This document shows positions 40,210-53,515 of a stretch of 64,000 bases of DNA, piece after piece. Below the pieces are notes generated by a model. It did no database searches, had not been told where the DNA came from, and was given only the letters and a program-made list of their open reading frames with translations. The DNA comes from Geosiphon pyriformis uo1 (Eukaryota > Fungi > Glomeromycota). Within the stretch, counting starts at the first letter, position 1. Every line of letters starts with the position of its first letter. Where the stretch lies: contig JAAOMT010000305.1 of NCBI GenBank assembly GCA_016748015.1, positions 33,687 through 97,686 of the forward strand, in the 5' to 3' direction. The position numbers were made by a program, and so were the translations under genes.

Positions 40210-42990
40210 CTGTATAATTAAGCCTAAAAAGTTCATTGTGAATAGTCTGTTTACTTATTTCAATTTCAAAATATGTTTTTGTAAGTTGTGTCTTAATTTC
40301 AATTAATATAGTAAAGTGATTTTAATTTACAATTTTTCTAATCTGCTGACACATTTTTGGTAAAGTTTTTCGTGAATGACCTGAATGATGAATTGCTTGA
40401 ATTTGACCATTTTTACGAAGTTGTCCTATATATTGTTCATAAAAGCGAAGAGAAACATTAATTTTTGGTTGGACTTCGATAATCTTGTTGTCAAAATCTC
40501 TTAGCAACTTCACAATTGAATTTTACAGGAATATTTTTCATTACAAAAAATAAAACACATTATTGATCAAAACAATTTTGTTTTAAAAATAAAAATGGTA
40601 GCATGAAATGTATGTGTGTACAAATTATTACTTAAAATGTTTTAACAATAGCTAATCAGACTATAATAAGAATTATATACTAGAAGAGTTATTCCGCCAT
40701 TAATTTTCAGAGGTACTGTATAAGTAAAAAAAGTATAATAATAATAACTAAATAAATCAATAAATATTAATAATATAATTAAAAAAGCAGTTACAAAATA
40801 ATAACATAACTGAAAATTTTTTAATAAAAATTTCTATCAAACAATTTGTTTGTAAATAAAATTTTTTAATTAATTATCTTTTTTAATTAATCATATTTCA
40901 ATTAATTGTTTTGTAAATCAATCATTTTTTCAATTAATTATCTTTTTAAAAATAAATTTTTTAATTAAAAAAGTCGGTGTAATTACTTTATTAATAAATA
41001 TATATATTATAATTATAACTCTCTAAATTATTTTTTGTGTTATATTGATCTTGTTTTCAGTAAATATTTTACTGCATAACACTATAAAATAAATCTTGAT
41101 ATTTACAATCAATTGTAATACAATTAAATATAATTTCTTTATCTGTTTTATAAAAAAAATAGCAACTTCAATAAATGAAACAACATTTAGCAGTATTTTA
41201 AAATAAAAGCAGAAAAACAATATAAAAATACTTTATAATGCCAACTTGACATTATTTTAATTTATTAGTAGACACAGAAATACTAATTTTTTAAAAAATA
41301 AAACGAATTCAAAAAAAATAGTCAAAACAATTTCTTTAAACATTGATGGCCTAATTTTAAATATTGTTTCAATTTATTATAAATTATTATGGAAGAATCG
41401 AAGGTTACTTTTTCCGGTTTTGAAATCAAAATCATGGTTTAAAATTTATTCGGTCAATATATTGCTATTACAATTTAAATTTACAAAAGTACTAATGCAA
41501 GGCATTTTTATGCTGGGTATTTTTCATTTTTTCAATTCATTTAATATTCAAAATATTCCTGTATGAATTAGTTTTATTTCTATTAATAAATTTAACATTA
41601 TTTTTAATAGATACTTAAATTTAATGCCCTTGAATTGTTTTAATAAGGCATTAATTACTCAAGAATCTAATATGTCAAACAAATTTTATTTAAATCACAA
41701 TTCAATAATCATTTTATAAATTTAAAACTTCGATTAAAAAGCATTTTTCATATTAATATTTAATAATACCATACATTTAATTGATGAAAATTATGAAATG
41801 ATTTGTTTAAAAGAAAATTATATAATATTATAAGATTGCATTAGAAATTGCAACATGCTGGTTATCATAAAACATATAAAGCTGTAGGTCATAATTTTAT
41901 TTAATATTAAATTGAAATATTATATATTACTCAATATAATTGGACATCCGAAGCTTTTAGTAGAAAAGTTTAATACTACATATAATACCCTTCACTCACG
42001 TAAATATTATGTCACAGCACGAAATCGAAATATGGATCAGTTTTTATAATATGGTATCAATTCAAAGTATCAACATTAAATATTAGATATGAAAAATTTC
42101 ACAGATTTAACAACCGCCGGGACCGGAAGGAAAAGCCTAATAATCTTTAATTTGATTTTTGCGTTTACTATTTATGTAAACCAATTACTTTTTTGTGACT
42201 TTTTATTTATTTAAAGATACTTTGTTTCTCTATTACAAATGAACATATTTATAAATATTTTGTAAAATAATTTTTAGATTTAAAATTCATTTATATTTCT
42301 ATCTAATTGAGTGCATATTTATAAAATTGATCAATAAATTAGTAAACTTCTTATTTTGCAACATAACATAAATTCTAATGAAATTATCGCTTTTAAAGAA
42401 GTTGATGTTAATAATATTACTAATTTGTACATATAAGACTAGTTAGTTTGACAATCTTGGTTTGCATTAACCGTTGTACCGGGAGCATTTAAAGAAATCA
42501 TGATTCGATTTACGAAATTAGAATACATTAGGCAAATGAAAAAAAAAGGTGGGTAAACAAAATGAGTGGCGGCAGGGATAAATAAGACTTATATTTACAT
42601 TATTGCTTTCACGCTTTGCAAAGAAAAGTAAATAAAGTTTTTGACAATCAGCTTTTTAAATGAATATATTACTTCATTAGGCTATTTGCCATAGGAGATC
42701 ACATTCTGTTTATTGATAAAAAATTTTTAGATTAAACAAAATAAACAAAAAAATAGAAATAAATATACTAGAATATTTTTTGACAAATTATGAGTTCACG
42801 CCTGATACAAACAGAGAAATACCGAAGGAGAATTTAAAAACTATAAAAAAAAAAAGGTGCTAAATCTCAAAACTTCTTTTAAACCTATCTTTTAAATTAG
42901 TTCATTATAATGAATCGAAAACCGCAAAAATTTTGAACTCATTTTTAAAAACATCTTTAATTTATTCTTCAATAAATAAACAAATTTATA

Positions 42991-44349
42991 ATGACTTTAA
43001 TTAACAAAATAGGGAACCACTTTAACATATATTTTTGTTTCTTAATTTTCATCTCCTCTAGCTTAGAATTTGGAGTGAACCCTACTAATCCACGATGGTA
43101 AGTTTCCATAAATTTCTTTATATTAAAAACAGGATAAATAATAAATATGATTTCAAATTTTAAAGGGGAAATTCAATGATACTCATAAGTAATAAGTAAG
43201 AAATATAAATTTATGTGTATAATTCTTTAGAGTTAATAGAAAAAGATCAAAAAAGAGAAGAATTGAAAATGGGAATTTCAACATTCTTTCTTATAATTAA
43301 GTTAAGATATATATATGGAGGAAAAAAAATCACAGCCAATGGAACCAGATTAGAGTACGCAACAACGGAACTCTGGGCACTTGATATGTCAATACCTTTT
43401 TCAGTAGATTCACTACCCTGGGAGAATTTGAATATAACCAGAGTGAATCACATTCAGCAAGCATAGGTGGTGCCGAATTTAAAGAAATGTTTATTTTCAG
43501 TGGTCGTACATCTCAACATCCACCACCTCCGAATTCAATGCGTAAATTTGACCAAACATCTGAAACTTGGGGGATCCTAAATTCTTTACTAACACGCAGA
43601 TTTGGACACTCGGCAGTAACTAGTTTTAATGAGTCAAAAATTTATTTTTTTGGTGGAAAAAATAGTACAATTTTACTAAACGAATTAGTGATTTATGATT
43701 CTATATTGAATAAATATACGAATTTTACAAAAAATAATTCTCCAGCGCCAATAATAATACATACTGCCACTCTATTGAGCGATGGAAAAATGTATGTTCT
43801 TGGTGGAGCCTTTGATGAAAACGTTTATAATTTTTTCAGTATGTCTGACATATATGTATATGATAAATTTACCGGAGAATGGAATCGAAAGGGTTTTCAT
43901 CTGCTTAAAAAAACTTATTCATTAATTAAGAGGTCAAACTAATCCATGAAAATTAATGATGTTTTCAAGGTTTCAGTGAGGGACGTACCAGAAGCAAGAA
44001 GACTGCATACAGCTGTCGGTGGTAAGTAAAGAGTAATTATTGTGGAAACTTTCAAACTTACCAAACTTCGGAAGCTTTCATTGTTGTTAATCTTTTTTTT
44101 CAAAATCTAATTAGCTCCAAATAATACTATCATCATTTTNNNNNNNNNNNNNNNNNNNNATCTTCATCTTCACCAACAACTATCAATACGACATTAATCA
44201 TAACTATTATCATAATATGCGGTGTTTTGATTCTTTTGGTTTTTGCAATATTGATGCTTAGATATCTCAGAAAACCAAAAAGCCTGGAACTGAATGAAGG
44301 TAATTTCACTTCGGCATCTTCAAGTTTCGATAGTAATTACCGTAATTGA
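42991..44349 (+). CDS. Kelch/beta-propeller type I membrane protein, multi-exon, with an apparent frameshift; middle lost at gap 44140-44159
   Basis: ATG 42991 with a hydrophobic N-terminus; GT-AG introns. Kelch motifs YIYGG, HSASIGG, RFGHSA..IYFFGG, HTATLLSDGKMYVLGG, RRLHTAV. Frame break near 43445. After the gap: Ser-rich stalk, TM helix, short tail, stop at 44347-44349. Confidence 0.75.
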
Positions 44350-46256
44350 CGCGTCGATCTCCAGTCTTTATGTATCCAAATCTCTTAAAAGCATAGTAAA
44401 ATAAAAATACCATACGCCTTTTCCAAATAAATATTGTGGTTTGTTAAGCTCCCGCTTTTTTTTGATCAAAATTCAGATTATGATGATACTTGGTATCTTC
44501 GGCTAGATTTTTTTACCAGCAAGTTTTACATAGTTTTAAAAGAATATAAAATTAAAACAATAATATTTTTATACACAATGTTTTTTTAATATAAGATATT
44601 GGTTATAATTGTTTATTTGAAAAATGTGATTGTTTTCTTTATAAAAATTGCCCAAAACTACATTAATACACTATTTTAGAATTTTTAATTTTTATTAATT
44701 GGCTATGTTTTTTTTAAAATTTGGTTTTATTATATTTTTTAGTATTTACAATAAAATTAGAAAAAAAAAGGTATAAGTGTTAAATTGTCAAATATGTCAT
44801 AAGATAGGAGACAATAGCAATATTAGCCAGGATTTTTATTGATAATATAGTAAAAGATATTTATTTGTACAACTTCTCATTGGCTATTTTTTGAGTTATA
44901 TAAACCAAAAAAAATAGAATTTTATTAATTAATAGTTATTCCAACTATTTGATTCTCTCGAATAATAATTTTTGGTGCTTTTGCTTTTGTTGTAGTTATG
45001 ATTTCTGATTTATTTATTTTTTAAAAACATGGTATCTTGTATTATCAATATATGTTTAAAAATAAAAAATATAATTATGTTTATGTTTTTAATAAAACAT
45101 TTCATATTTTCAAATCTTATTTATAATTTTTACTTAATAATAAGAAAAATCATTTATAGTATTTAATAATAGATAAATAAACTAGTTTATACAATAATTC
45201 AAAAAATTAATTTTTAATTCAAAAATTAAACACAAAATTTTGATATTTTTTAATTTATTATATTTGTAATAATCTACACACCAAATAAAAAATTATTTAA
45301 TTAATACTTTTTTTAACCTTCTATTTGATTTTAGTAAAGTTTCAATTTTTGGATATTAAAAAAAAGTTTTTTCAAAAAACAAACCTATTAAAAATTTTCT
45401 ATTTTATCATAATTTAAATTTGACAAATTCTCAACTTCATCACAATATATATCTATTCGTCAAAATACACCTTTTATCTTATATATTATAAATTAAAATC
45501 TATCACCTTATTCTTAAATATTGTATGATTTTAAAGATATTTAATATTCTTTTTTTACATTTTACTTTTAAGATAAATATTTTTTTAATATGTTTCGTCT
45601 AGTGTGCCCCTACTTACATATCATAAACGTGATCTGCGCACCTTTTTATACTCGTGACTTGCCACTCAGAAATTTTCAAATTACTAATCTATAATAAATT
45701 TAATGAATAAAAATTATTTTTTATTATAAAATTTTACTTATTTATCATATATTTATAGTTTGAAACTAATATAATATTTAAAATTAGATCTTAAATTTAA
45801 GTGTATTTCGTGTTTCATTATTAATAAACCTTTTTNNNNNNNNNNNNNNNNNNNNNNNNNNNNNNNNNNNNNNNNNNNNNNNNNNNNNNNNNNNNNNNNN
45901 NNNNNNNNNNNNNNNNNNNNNNNNNNNNNNNNNNNNNNNNNNNNNNNNNNNNNNNNNNNNNNNNNNNNNNNNNNNNNNNNNNNNNNNNNNNNNNNNNNNN
46001 NNNNNNNNNNNNNNNNNNNNNNNNNNNNNNNNNNNNNNNNNNNNNNNNNNNNNNNNNNNNNNNNNNNNNNNNNNNNNNNNNNNNNNNNNNNNNNNNNNNN
46101 NNNNNNNNNNNNNNNNNNNNNNNNNNNNNNNNNNNNNNNNNNNNNNNNNNNNNNNNNNNNNNNNNNNNNNNNNNNNNNNNNNNNNNNNNNNNNNNNNNNN
46201 NNNNNNNNNNNNNNNNNNNNNNNNNNNNNNNNNNNNNNNNNNNNNNNNNNNNNNNN

Positions 46257-46857
46257 TTTTTAAAAACATGGTATCTTGTATTATCAATATATGTTTAAAA
46301 ATAAAAAATATAATTATGTTTATGTTTTTAATAAAACATTTCATATTTTCAAATCTTATTTATAATTTTTACTTAATAATAAGAAAAATCATTTATAGTA
46401 TTTAATAATAGATAAATAAACTAGTTTATACAATAATTCAAAAAATTAATTTTCAATTCAAAAATTAAACACAAAATTTTGATATTTTTTAATTTATTAT
46501 ATTTGTAATAATCTACACACCAAATAAAAAATTATTTAATTAATACTTTTTTTAACTTTCTATTTGATTTTAATATAAGTTTCAATTTTTTGGATATTAA
46601 AAAAAGTTTTTTCAAAAAACAAACCTATTAAAAATTTTCTATTTTATCATAATTTAAATTTGACAAATTCTCAACTTCATCACAATACATCCATCTATTC
46701 GTCAAAATACACCTTTTATCTTATATATTTTAAATTAAAATCTATCACCTTATTCTTAAATATTGTATGATTTTAAAGATATTTAATATTCTTTTTTTAC
46801 ATTTTACTTTTAAGATAAATATTTTTTTAATATGTTTCGTCTAGTGTGCCCCTACTT
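46257..46857 (+). repeat. Near-identical duplicate of 45018-45615
   Basis: Colinear for ~600 bp with a handful of differences. This copy is a contig bounded by gaps. Confidence 0.9.
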
Positions 46858-46998
46858 NNNNNNNNNNNNNNNNNNNNTTTTTATTTATTTTAATTATAAT
46901 TTTTGAATGTGCTAGTTTACAGTGTGAGTATTCAATTTAGAGCCATTTCTGAATCTAAAATTCTTTAGAGTATTAAAAATTTAAATTTTAAAATATAG

Positions 46999-47388
46999 AA
47001 ACCATTTAACCAATTTCAGCAATTTTGGGTCTTAGACCTGATAAATTTTAATTGGACAACAAAATATAAGCCTAATGCATTGGAACTCACAAAATATCCC
47101 CTGAAATATCAAAACTTATTTGAAATCAAACCCAGCACAGAATTATCTTCATCTTCTTCTTCATCTTCATCTTCATCTTCATCTTCATCTTTATCCTTAT
47201 TCTCATCTTCACCAACAACTATCAATATGACATTAATCATAACTATTATTATAATATGTAGTGTTTTGATTCTTTTGGTTTTTGCAATATTGATGCTTAG
47301 ATATCTCAGAAAACCAAAAAGCCTGGAACTGAATGAAGGTAATTTCACTTCGGCATCTTCAAGTTTCAATAGTAATTACCGTAATTGA
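46999..47388 (+). CDS. Terminal exon of a Kelch membrane protein (second copy)
   Basis: After an AG acceptor: KPFNQFQQFWVLDLINFNWTTKYKP, poly-Ser from (TCATCT)n, TM LIITIIIICSVLILLVFAILML, then RYLRK. Near-identical to 44160-44349. Confidence 0.7.
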   Translation, partial: KPFNQFQQFWVLDLINFNWTTKYKPNALELTKYPLKYQNLFEIKPSTELSSSSSSSSSSSSSSSLSLFSSSPTTINMTLIITIIIICSVLILLVFAILMLRYLRKPKSLELNEGNFTSASSSFNSNYRN

Positions 47389-48002
47389 CGCGTCGATCTC
47401 CAGTCTTTATGTATCCAAATCTCTTAAAAGGATAGTAAAATAAAAATACCATACGCCTTTTCCAAATAAATATTGTGGTTTGTTAAGCTCCGGCTTTTTT
47501 TTGCTCAAAATTCAGATTATGATGATANNNNNNNNNNNNNNNNNNNNNNNNNNNNNNNNNNNNNNNNNNNNNNNNNNNNNNNNNNNNNNNNNNNNNNNNN
47601 NNNNNNNNNNNNNNNNNNNNNNNNNNNNNNNNNNNNNNNNNNNNNNNNNNNNNNNNNNNNNNNNNNNNNNNNNNNNNNNNNNNNNNNNNNNNNNNNNNNN
47701 NNNNNNNNNNNNNNNNNNNNNNNNNNNNNNNNNNNNNNNNTATCCTAAATTTATGAGAATTTTTCCAAGATTCAGCCGTGTTAAAATATTGATATGTCAT
47801 AACAAATTGCAAGTTTTAAAAAACTTTTTGCCTATCATGAGAAATATTTGTTTAATTGTTCCAAAACACCTCAAAACAAATTTTATTTGTAATATCCTTT
47901 TTTTTGTGAGGTTAATTCCGGTGCTGATAATCTCTGACCATCTTCAAATATTGAGGTATAAAATAAATTTTTTTTGAGGAAACTTTTTTTTTTAAAATAA
48001 AT

Positions 48003-49320
48003 ATGGCAAAAATGTATAGAACTCAAGGATATTCTACCAAAAAATTTCGATTTTTTTCTTTAAAATTAAATCGATTCTATTCCATTTCATTAATTTTAAT
48101 ATTCATATTCTTTATTATTTTAATTACAATTTCTTTCCATTTGAATGGATTAAAATCGAGAAATATTTTAAAGAGTTTCCCAAATTTAAAACGAAATAAA
48201 CTTTATTCAACTGAAAATATTTCAAAATCAATCAAAAAACTTTTAAAATCACCTCGATTATCATTCTCATCAAAAACATTACAAATTGGTAATGATCATT
48301 TATTTTATAAAAGAACAGACAATGGTAATGAAGCATACCTTAAAAAACGACTATTTGACATTACACAAAGAAATGAAATTGCACTATTAAAAATGAACGC
48401 TATGTATGCTAATATGCCCTATTGTTTACCCTTTTCCTTGATTAATACACTTGGAAGNNNNNNNNNNNNNNNNNNNNNNNNNNNNNNNNNNNNNNNNNNN
48501 NNNNNNNNNNNNNNNNNNNNNNNNNNNNNNNNNNNNNNNNNNNNNNNNNNNNNNNNNNNNNNNNNNNNNNNNNNNNNNNNNNNNNNNNNNNNNNNNNNNN
48601 NNNNNNNNNNNNNNNNNNNNNNNNNNNNNNNNNNNNNNNNNNNNNNNNNNNNNNNNNNNNNNNNNNNNNNNNNNNNNNNNNNNNNNNNNNNNNNNNNNNN
48701 NNNNNNNNNNNNNNNNNNNNNNNNNNNNNNNNNNNNNNNNNNNNNNNNNNNNNNNNNNNNNNNNNNNNNNNNNNNNNNNNNNNNNNNNNNNNNNNNNNNN
48801 NNNNNNNNNNNNNNNNNNNNNNNNNNNNNNNNNNNNNNNNNNNNNNNNNNNNNNNNNNNNNNNNNNNNNNNNNNNNNNNNNNNNNNNNNNNNNNNNNNNN
48901 NNNNNNNNNNNNNNNNNNNNNNNNNNNNNNNNNNNNNNNNNNNNNNNNNNNNNNNNNNNNNNNNNNNNNNNNNNNNNNNNNNNNNNNNNNNNNNNNNNNN
49001 NNNNNNNNNNNNNNNNNNNNNNNNNNNNNNNNNNNNNNNNNNNNNNNNNNNNNNNNNNNNNNNNNNNNNNNNNNNNNNNNNNNNNNNNNNNNNNNNNNNN
49101 NNNNNNNNNNNNNNNNNNNNNNNNNNNNNNNNNNNNNNNNNNNNNNNNNNNNNNNNNNNNNNNNNNNNNNNNNNNNNNNNNNNNNNNNNNNNNNNNNNNN
49201 NNNNNNNNNNNNNNNNNNNNNNNNNNNNNNGAGAACAGCATTCAAGAACATTATGGTCCTTATTTTGGTATTATCATGGGAAATTGCAGTGTATTTTATG
49301 AAATGATAAATTCTAATTGA
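48003..49320 (+). CDS. Class 3 lipase-like protein, middle hidden by gap
   Basis: N-terminal hydrophobic segment, then NAMYANMPYC (the A..AYC helix). C-terminus EHYGPYFGIIMGNC matches the lipase at 56377. Confidence 0.7.
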
Positions 49321-50900
49321 AATTTTACTATTAATTTGCTAATACATTGGTAAACGAAAAGTTTTTTTTTGCTTGAAAAACTAGTTTTTTTATATTCTTT
49401 ATGAAAATTTTATTGGATTGAACCTGGTTTTTTTTCCCAATAAGATTTATAATTTAAACATAAAAGTACATGTAATTATTTTATATTAATAAAACATCTA
49501 AATAATAAAATATTAGAAATTGTTGAATGAGAAAATTTTCATAGAACTTATATATAATATAATTTTATGTGATTTAAAATTTTTTTTACAAATAAATTTT
49601 TTATTCGATATTAGGCCAAAATATTTTTAACAATATTCTCTATTCCTCTTTTCATGAATCTTACAGAATTTTTGCCGTCAAAAGTCGTCACATACCCAAG
49701 ACTAGAACGAGCCCAAATCATAAGTTATTAATAATTATTTTCTCCATTTCAATTTGATTGTTGTTGACATATTATATTGATTTATTAAAGGTGCCACTAA
49801 CAATATTACTGTCTTCCATCAGACACAAATAGTAATAATTTAATTTTATTAAATCAAATAATTCATTTTTCATCTTTAACAGTATATTTTAAATTTTTTG
49901 ACCTGAATATTTTCTAGATTGAATTAATAAAATATTATTTCTTTCATAGGCCTCTCGAATTTGCTTTGAAAACCTCTCAATATTTTATTTACTTTGAAAT
50001 ATTTGTACAACTAAATATATGCTTATATGATTTCGTGCAATAACTTTCCCACTTTAATATATATTTCGCTACAAAGAAAATGTATGCGAAAACGTTTTAG
50101 AATGAAATTTAAGATACTATTTGATTCAAAAATATCAAATTTTTATTGCAGAAATAGCATTTATATTACTTTCTATATATACACTCTGATATAATGAATA
50201 AAAAAAATTGACATATGTATATACTGATCTTAATCAGTTCTGAAATTTTTTTTAAAAATTGGTTGAATAATCAAATAATTAGTATTAGATTTTTTTGTGT
50301 TCACAACTTAAATATATTTTTTTAAACGAAAAGTAAGGGAAGTTGAAAAGAATTCGATTCATCGATTTTTTGAAACTACACAGAAAAATTAGCAACGACT
50401 ACCGAATTTTCTATTCTAACTTTGTTTAACACACGGTATCGACCATAAATTTTAAAAGTTATGCAAAAAATGAATCTGATNNNNNNNNNNNNNNNNNNNN
50501 NNNNNNNNNNNNNNNNNNNNNNNNNNNNNNNNNNNNNNNNNNNNNNNNNNNNNNNNNNNNNNNNNNNNNNNNNNNNNNNNNNNNNNNNNNNNNNNNNNNN
50601 NNNNNNNNNNNNNNNNNNNNNNNNNNNNNNNNNNNNNNNNNNNNNNNNNNNNNNNNNNNNNNNNNNNNNNNNNNNNNNNNNNNNNNNNNNNNNNNNNNNN
50701 NNNNNNNNNNNNNNNNNNNNNNNNNNNNNNNNNNNNNNNNNNNNNNNNNNNNNNNNNNNNNNNNNNNNNNNNNNNNNNNNNNNNNNNNNNNNNNNNNNNN
50801 NNNNNNNNNNNNNNNNNNNNNNNNNNNNNNNNNNNNNNNNNNNNNNNNNNNNNNNNNNNNNNNNNNNNNNNNNNNNNNNNNNNNNNNNNNNNNNNNNNNN

Positions 50901-51134
50901 ATCAAACTGAAGTTTTAAATGAAACATTTTTTCCAGGTGGTAGGAATTCTGGGGAGAACCCGGTTTGTAAAAAGTTTTTATCTAGAAAGTTTTTCAATAC
51001 AGCTACTTTATTCTTGGATCCATTTTTTAAAATTTTTTCAAGAATGCAATGCAGAACAATCAATCTTTGAGGTTCCAAGAAAGTTTATACATACTGGCCT
51101 CTACTTTGGAGTGGAAATGGGGAACTGTAAGTGA
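50901..51134 (+). CDS. 3' end of another class 3 lipase-like gene (possibly pseudogene)
   Basis: ...GENP, an apparent intron, then ECNAEQSI...HTGLYFGVEMGNCK*, homologous to the last exon at 57686-57790. The splice phase does not fit cleanly. Confidence 0.65.
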
Positions 51135-51149
51135 TGGTAATAGCGAAGA

Positions 51150-51750
51150 CTTTATCAAATATCTCTCCAGTTTAACTTCCTGAAATTAAAATTTTGATAG
51201 TTAAATCTAAAGGTTATTTGTTGATAAATGACTTTTGAAGTAGATTTAATTGATATTAATAACATCTTTAGTCACTATATAATTTTAGAATAGAAAATTC
51301 TCTTTATAAGGCAAAAATACAACTACTTTGTTCTTTGAATTAATATTTCGTGTCATAGCTGTTATTTATTAATTCAATTTTTTTTTTAGTTATGGTAAAG
51401 GCTTTTAGATATTTATTTTAAGTTCTATCCTCTTTAAACATAGCTATTAACTCTTGAAGACTGCCCTTTATATTAGGTTTAGCCAAAATATACTTTTTTA
51501 TAATCTTCTTCGCTCACAGTTATATGGTTGATTTTTTTATAAATCTATGCTGCTTTGAAATTTTATCGGATAATTTATCACTAAATTAAACTAAAGTCTA
51601 TTCAATGAACTGGCGAAAGCCTTGTATTACTACAATAAATTATTCAGTTGTATAAGAAATAATTTAGAAATTCTTTTGAGTAAACTAACATAAAAAAGTT
51701 TGGTAACACTTTTTTTTGTAATCAAAAAAATGAGGCATTAGCACTGGTAT
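51150..51750 (-). mobile_element. Possible highly decayed MULE/FAR1-like transposase relic
   Basis: Only short coding-like fragments (e.g. KPNIKGSLQELIAMF); weak resemblance. Confidence 0.2.
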
Positions 51751-53515
51751 TGTCATTTATTTTATTTTTGTTTATATAGTTATTATTATAATTTACTAAA
51801 CCACTTGAACATATGATAACAATTGATTATGAATGAAAATTAGAAAAGTTTGAGTATAATTTCATCTGCCAATCAATTTTAGAGGTATGAAATAATATTT
51901 TTACAAAAAATTTAGCATTTTTTAATATATAAATGACACTAAAATAATTTATTCTATGAACTTAATATAATTGAGATAATTATATTAAGTTGAAAATTAC
52001 AAAGAGTATCAAAGTTTAATAAAAGATATCTATTTATTTATAAAATTTATTTTTTATATAATAATTATCTAAATTTTCAATTGTTATTTGATCTTTCTTG
52101 TGATGCAATTACTACTTGAAACATATCATTAATGAATTTTATAATTATGTTTCATTATAAATTGCAAATTTTGAATAAAAAGTAAAGTTTGACAAGTCCA
52201 AGAAATAATATGCAATTTGTTTTTAATATGGGGATTTAAGTTTTTCTTTTTCCCCATTTTCTTTTTTGCTAAAAAATAGTATATGAGAAAATACTCACAA
52301 AAAAACGTTTTTTTATTTTTTTAGAAACTGGGTAGATAAATGATATAGTTATTTAATTTAGATATTAACTGTTGCTCGTGATCTTTTATATTTAAAAAGA
52401 ATGCATATGCAAAAAAAGTTGCATCATTTTTAGTTTTATATATTTATTATTAAATAAATCAATATTTAGGTTTCTAATTTTGAGTTTTAAATTATGTTTT
52501 TTTTTTGAAATATAATTTATCAATATCAACTCTGAAATATTTTATTTTAGATTTTCTATGTGAATTGATTTTATCCAAGATTAAATTTATCAAAATAAAT
52601 GAGATATTTACTTTTTTGTTAATTTTCGAATATATTTACCAAATGGTAATTTTAAACATCAATCATACCATCAAGACTAATGTCATCAAACACTTAATAA
52701 AAACCAAGCATCAAATATTTTCATAAATGTCCATTAATTTCAAAACTTTCAATTTTAATTTTCAAACAAAACTAGAACTTTAAATAAAAGATAAAACTTT
52801 GTATGATTTAAAAGTGTATAATTAAATCTGAGAAATAAAGTAAAAATGTGATCATTAGCTTTTATTATGAATAAAAACATTGCCAGCAAAATATTTTTTC
52901 TTTTTTAATTAAAAAATTTTTATCATTAAACAATTTAAAATATTTGGGAAGATAAATGTAAGCATAAAAAATGACTCAAATTGATTATTTCTGAATACTT
53001 TATTTTAAAACAAGGTTTTTTCAATAGGTATAAAAAAATATCTTAATTAATTTAAAAATAGTTTGATATTTTGATAGTTTGAGAATAAAATATAATAAAG
53101 AAAAAGTTTCAGCTAAAAATAATTTGAATTCAAAATTAACAGTTTATATCTTGTAATATAAAAATAACATAAAAAATAATGTTTCATTATTATATTGCAT
53201 ATTGAATAAAATTGATAAATGAAATACCCCAAGGTTTTTTTAAAAAAAAATTTTGTTGTTAAGAATTTTTGAGATCGAAATTTTTACTCTTTTTGGGCGG
53301 AAAATCTGTTTATAGTACCAATAGAAATTTTGACTCAAGTGTTATGTTTGAAAATTTGGCTGTTTTGATATTTCATAAAGGCTCTGATCTTTGATTGCAT
53401 TGATCAGTCGATAAAATGCAGATTAACATGTGACTTCAGCTTCGGATAAGTGTACGACTAGCATAAATACTAATAGTAGAGAAACAGTCTCATTCAGACT
53501 TCTCATATTTTACCA

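Larger units (their letters stand above)
8585..40718 (-). mobile_element. Tc1/mariner transposon split by the ~31-kb LTR nest (own sequence 8585-~9348 and 40210-40718)
   Basis: Degenerate TIRs: TA|CAGTCCTCCGAAAAAGTAATAGC (8585) and GCCATTAATTTTCAGAGGTACTG|TA (ends 40718). Minus-strand transposase N-terminus (SGHSRK..., TIHNELFRLNY) at 40210-40520 continues with VVFLDK (~9255), FQHNNNPKHTS (~9000) and WPSYSLNFNLIENIW (~8910-8950), i.e. decayed FSDE/DNDPKH/SPDLNPIE. Confidence 0.85.

Noticed and set aside
47109-47369. Minus-strand acidic (DE-repeat) ORF
   Set aside because: Antisense shadow of the poly-Ser microsatellite in the Kelch terminal exon.
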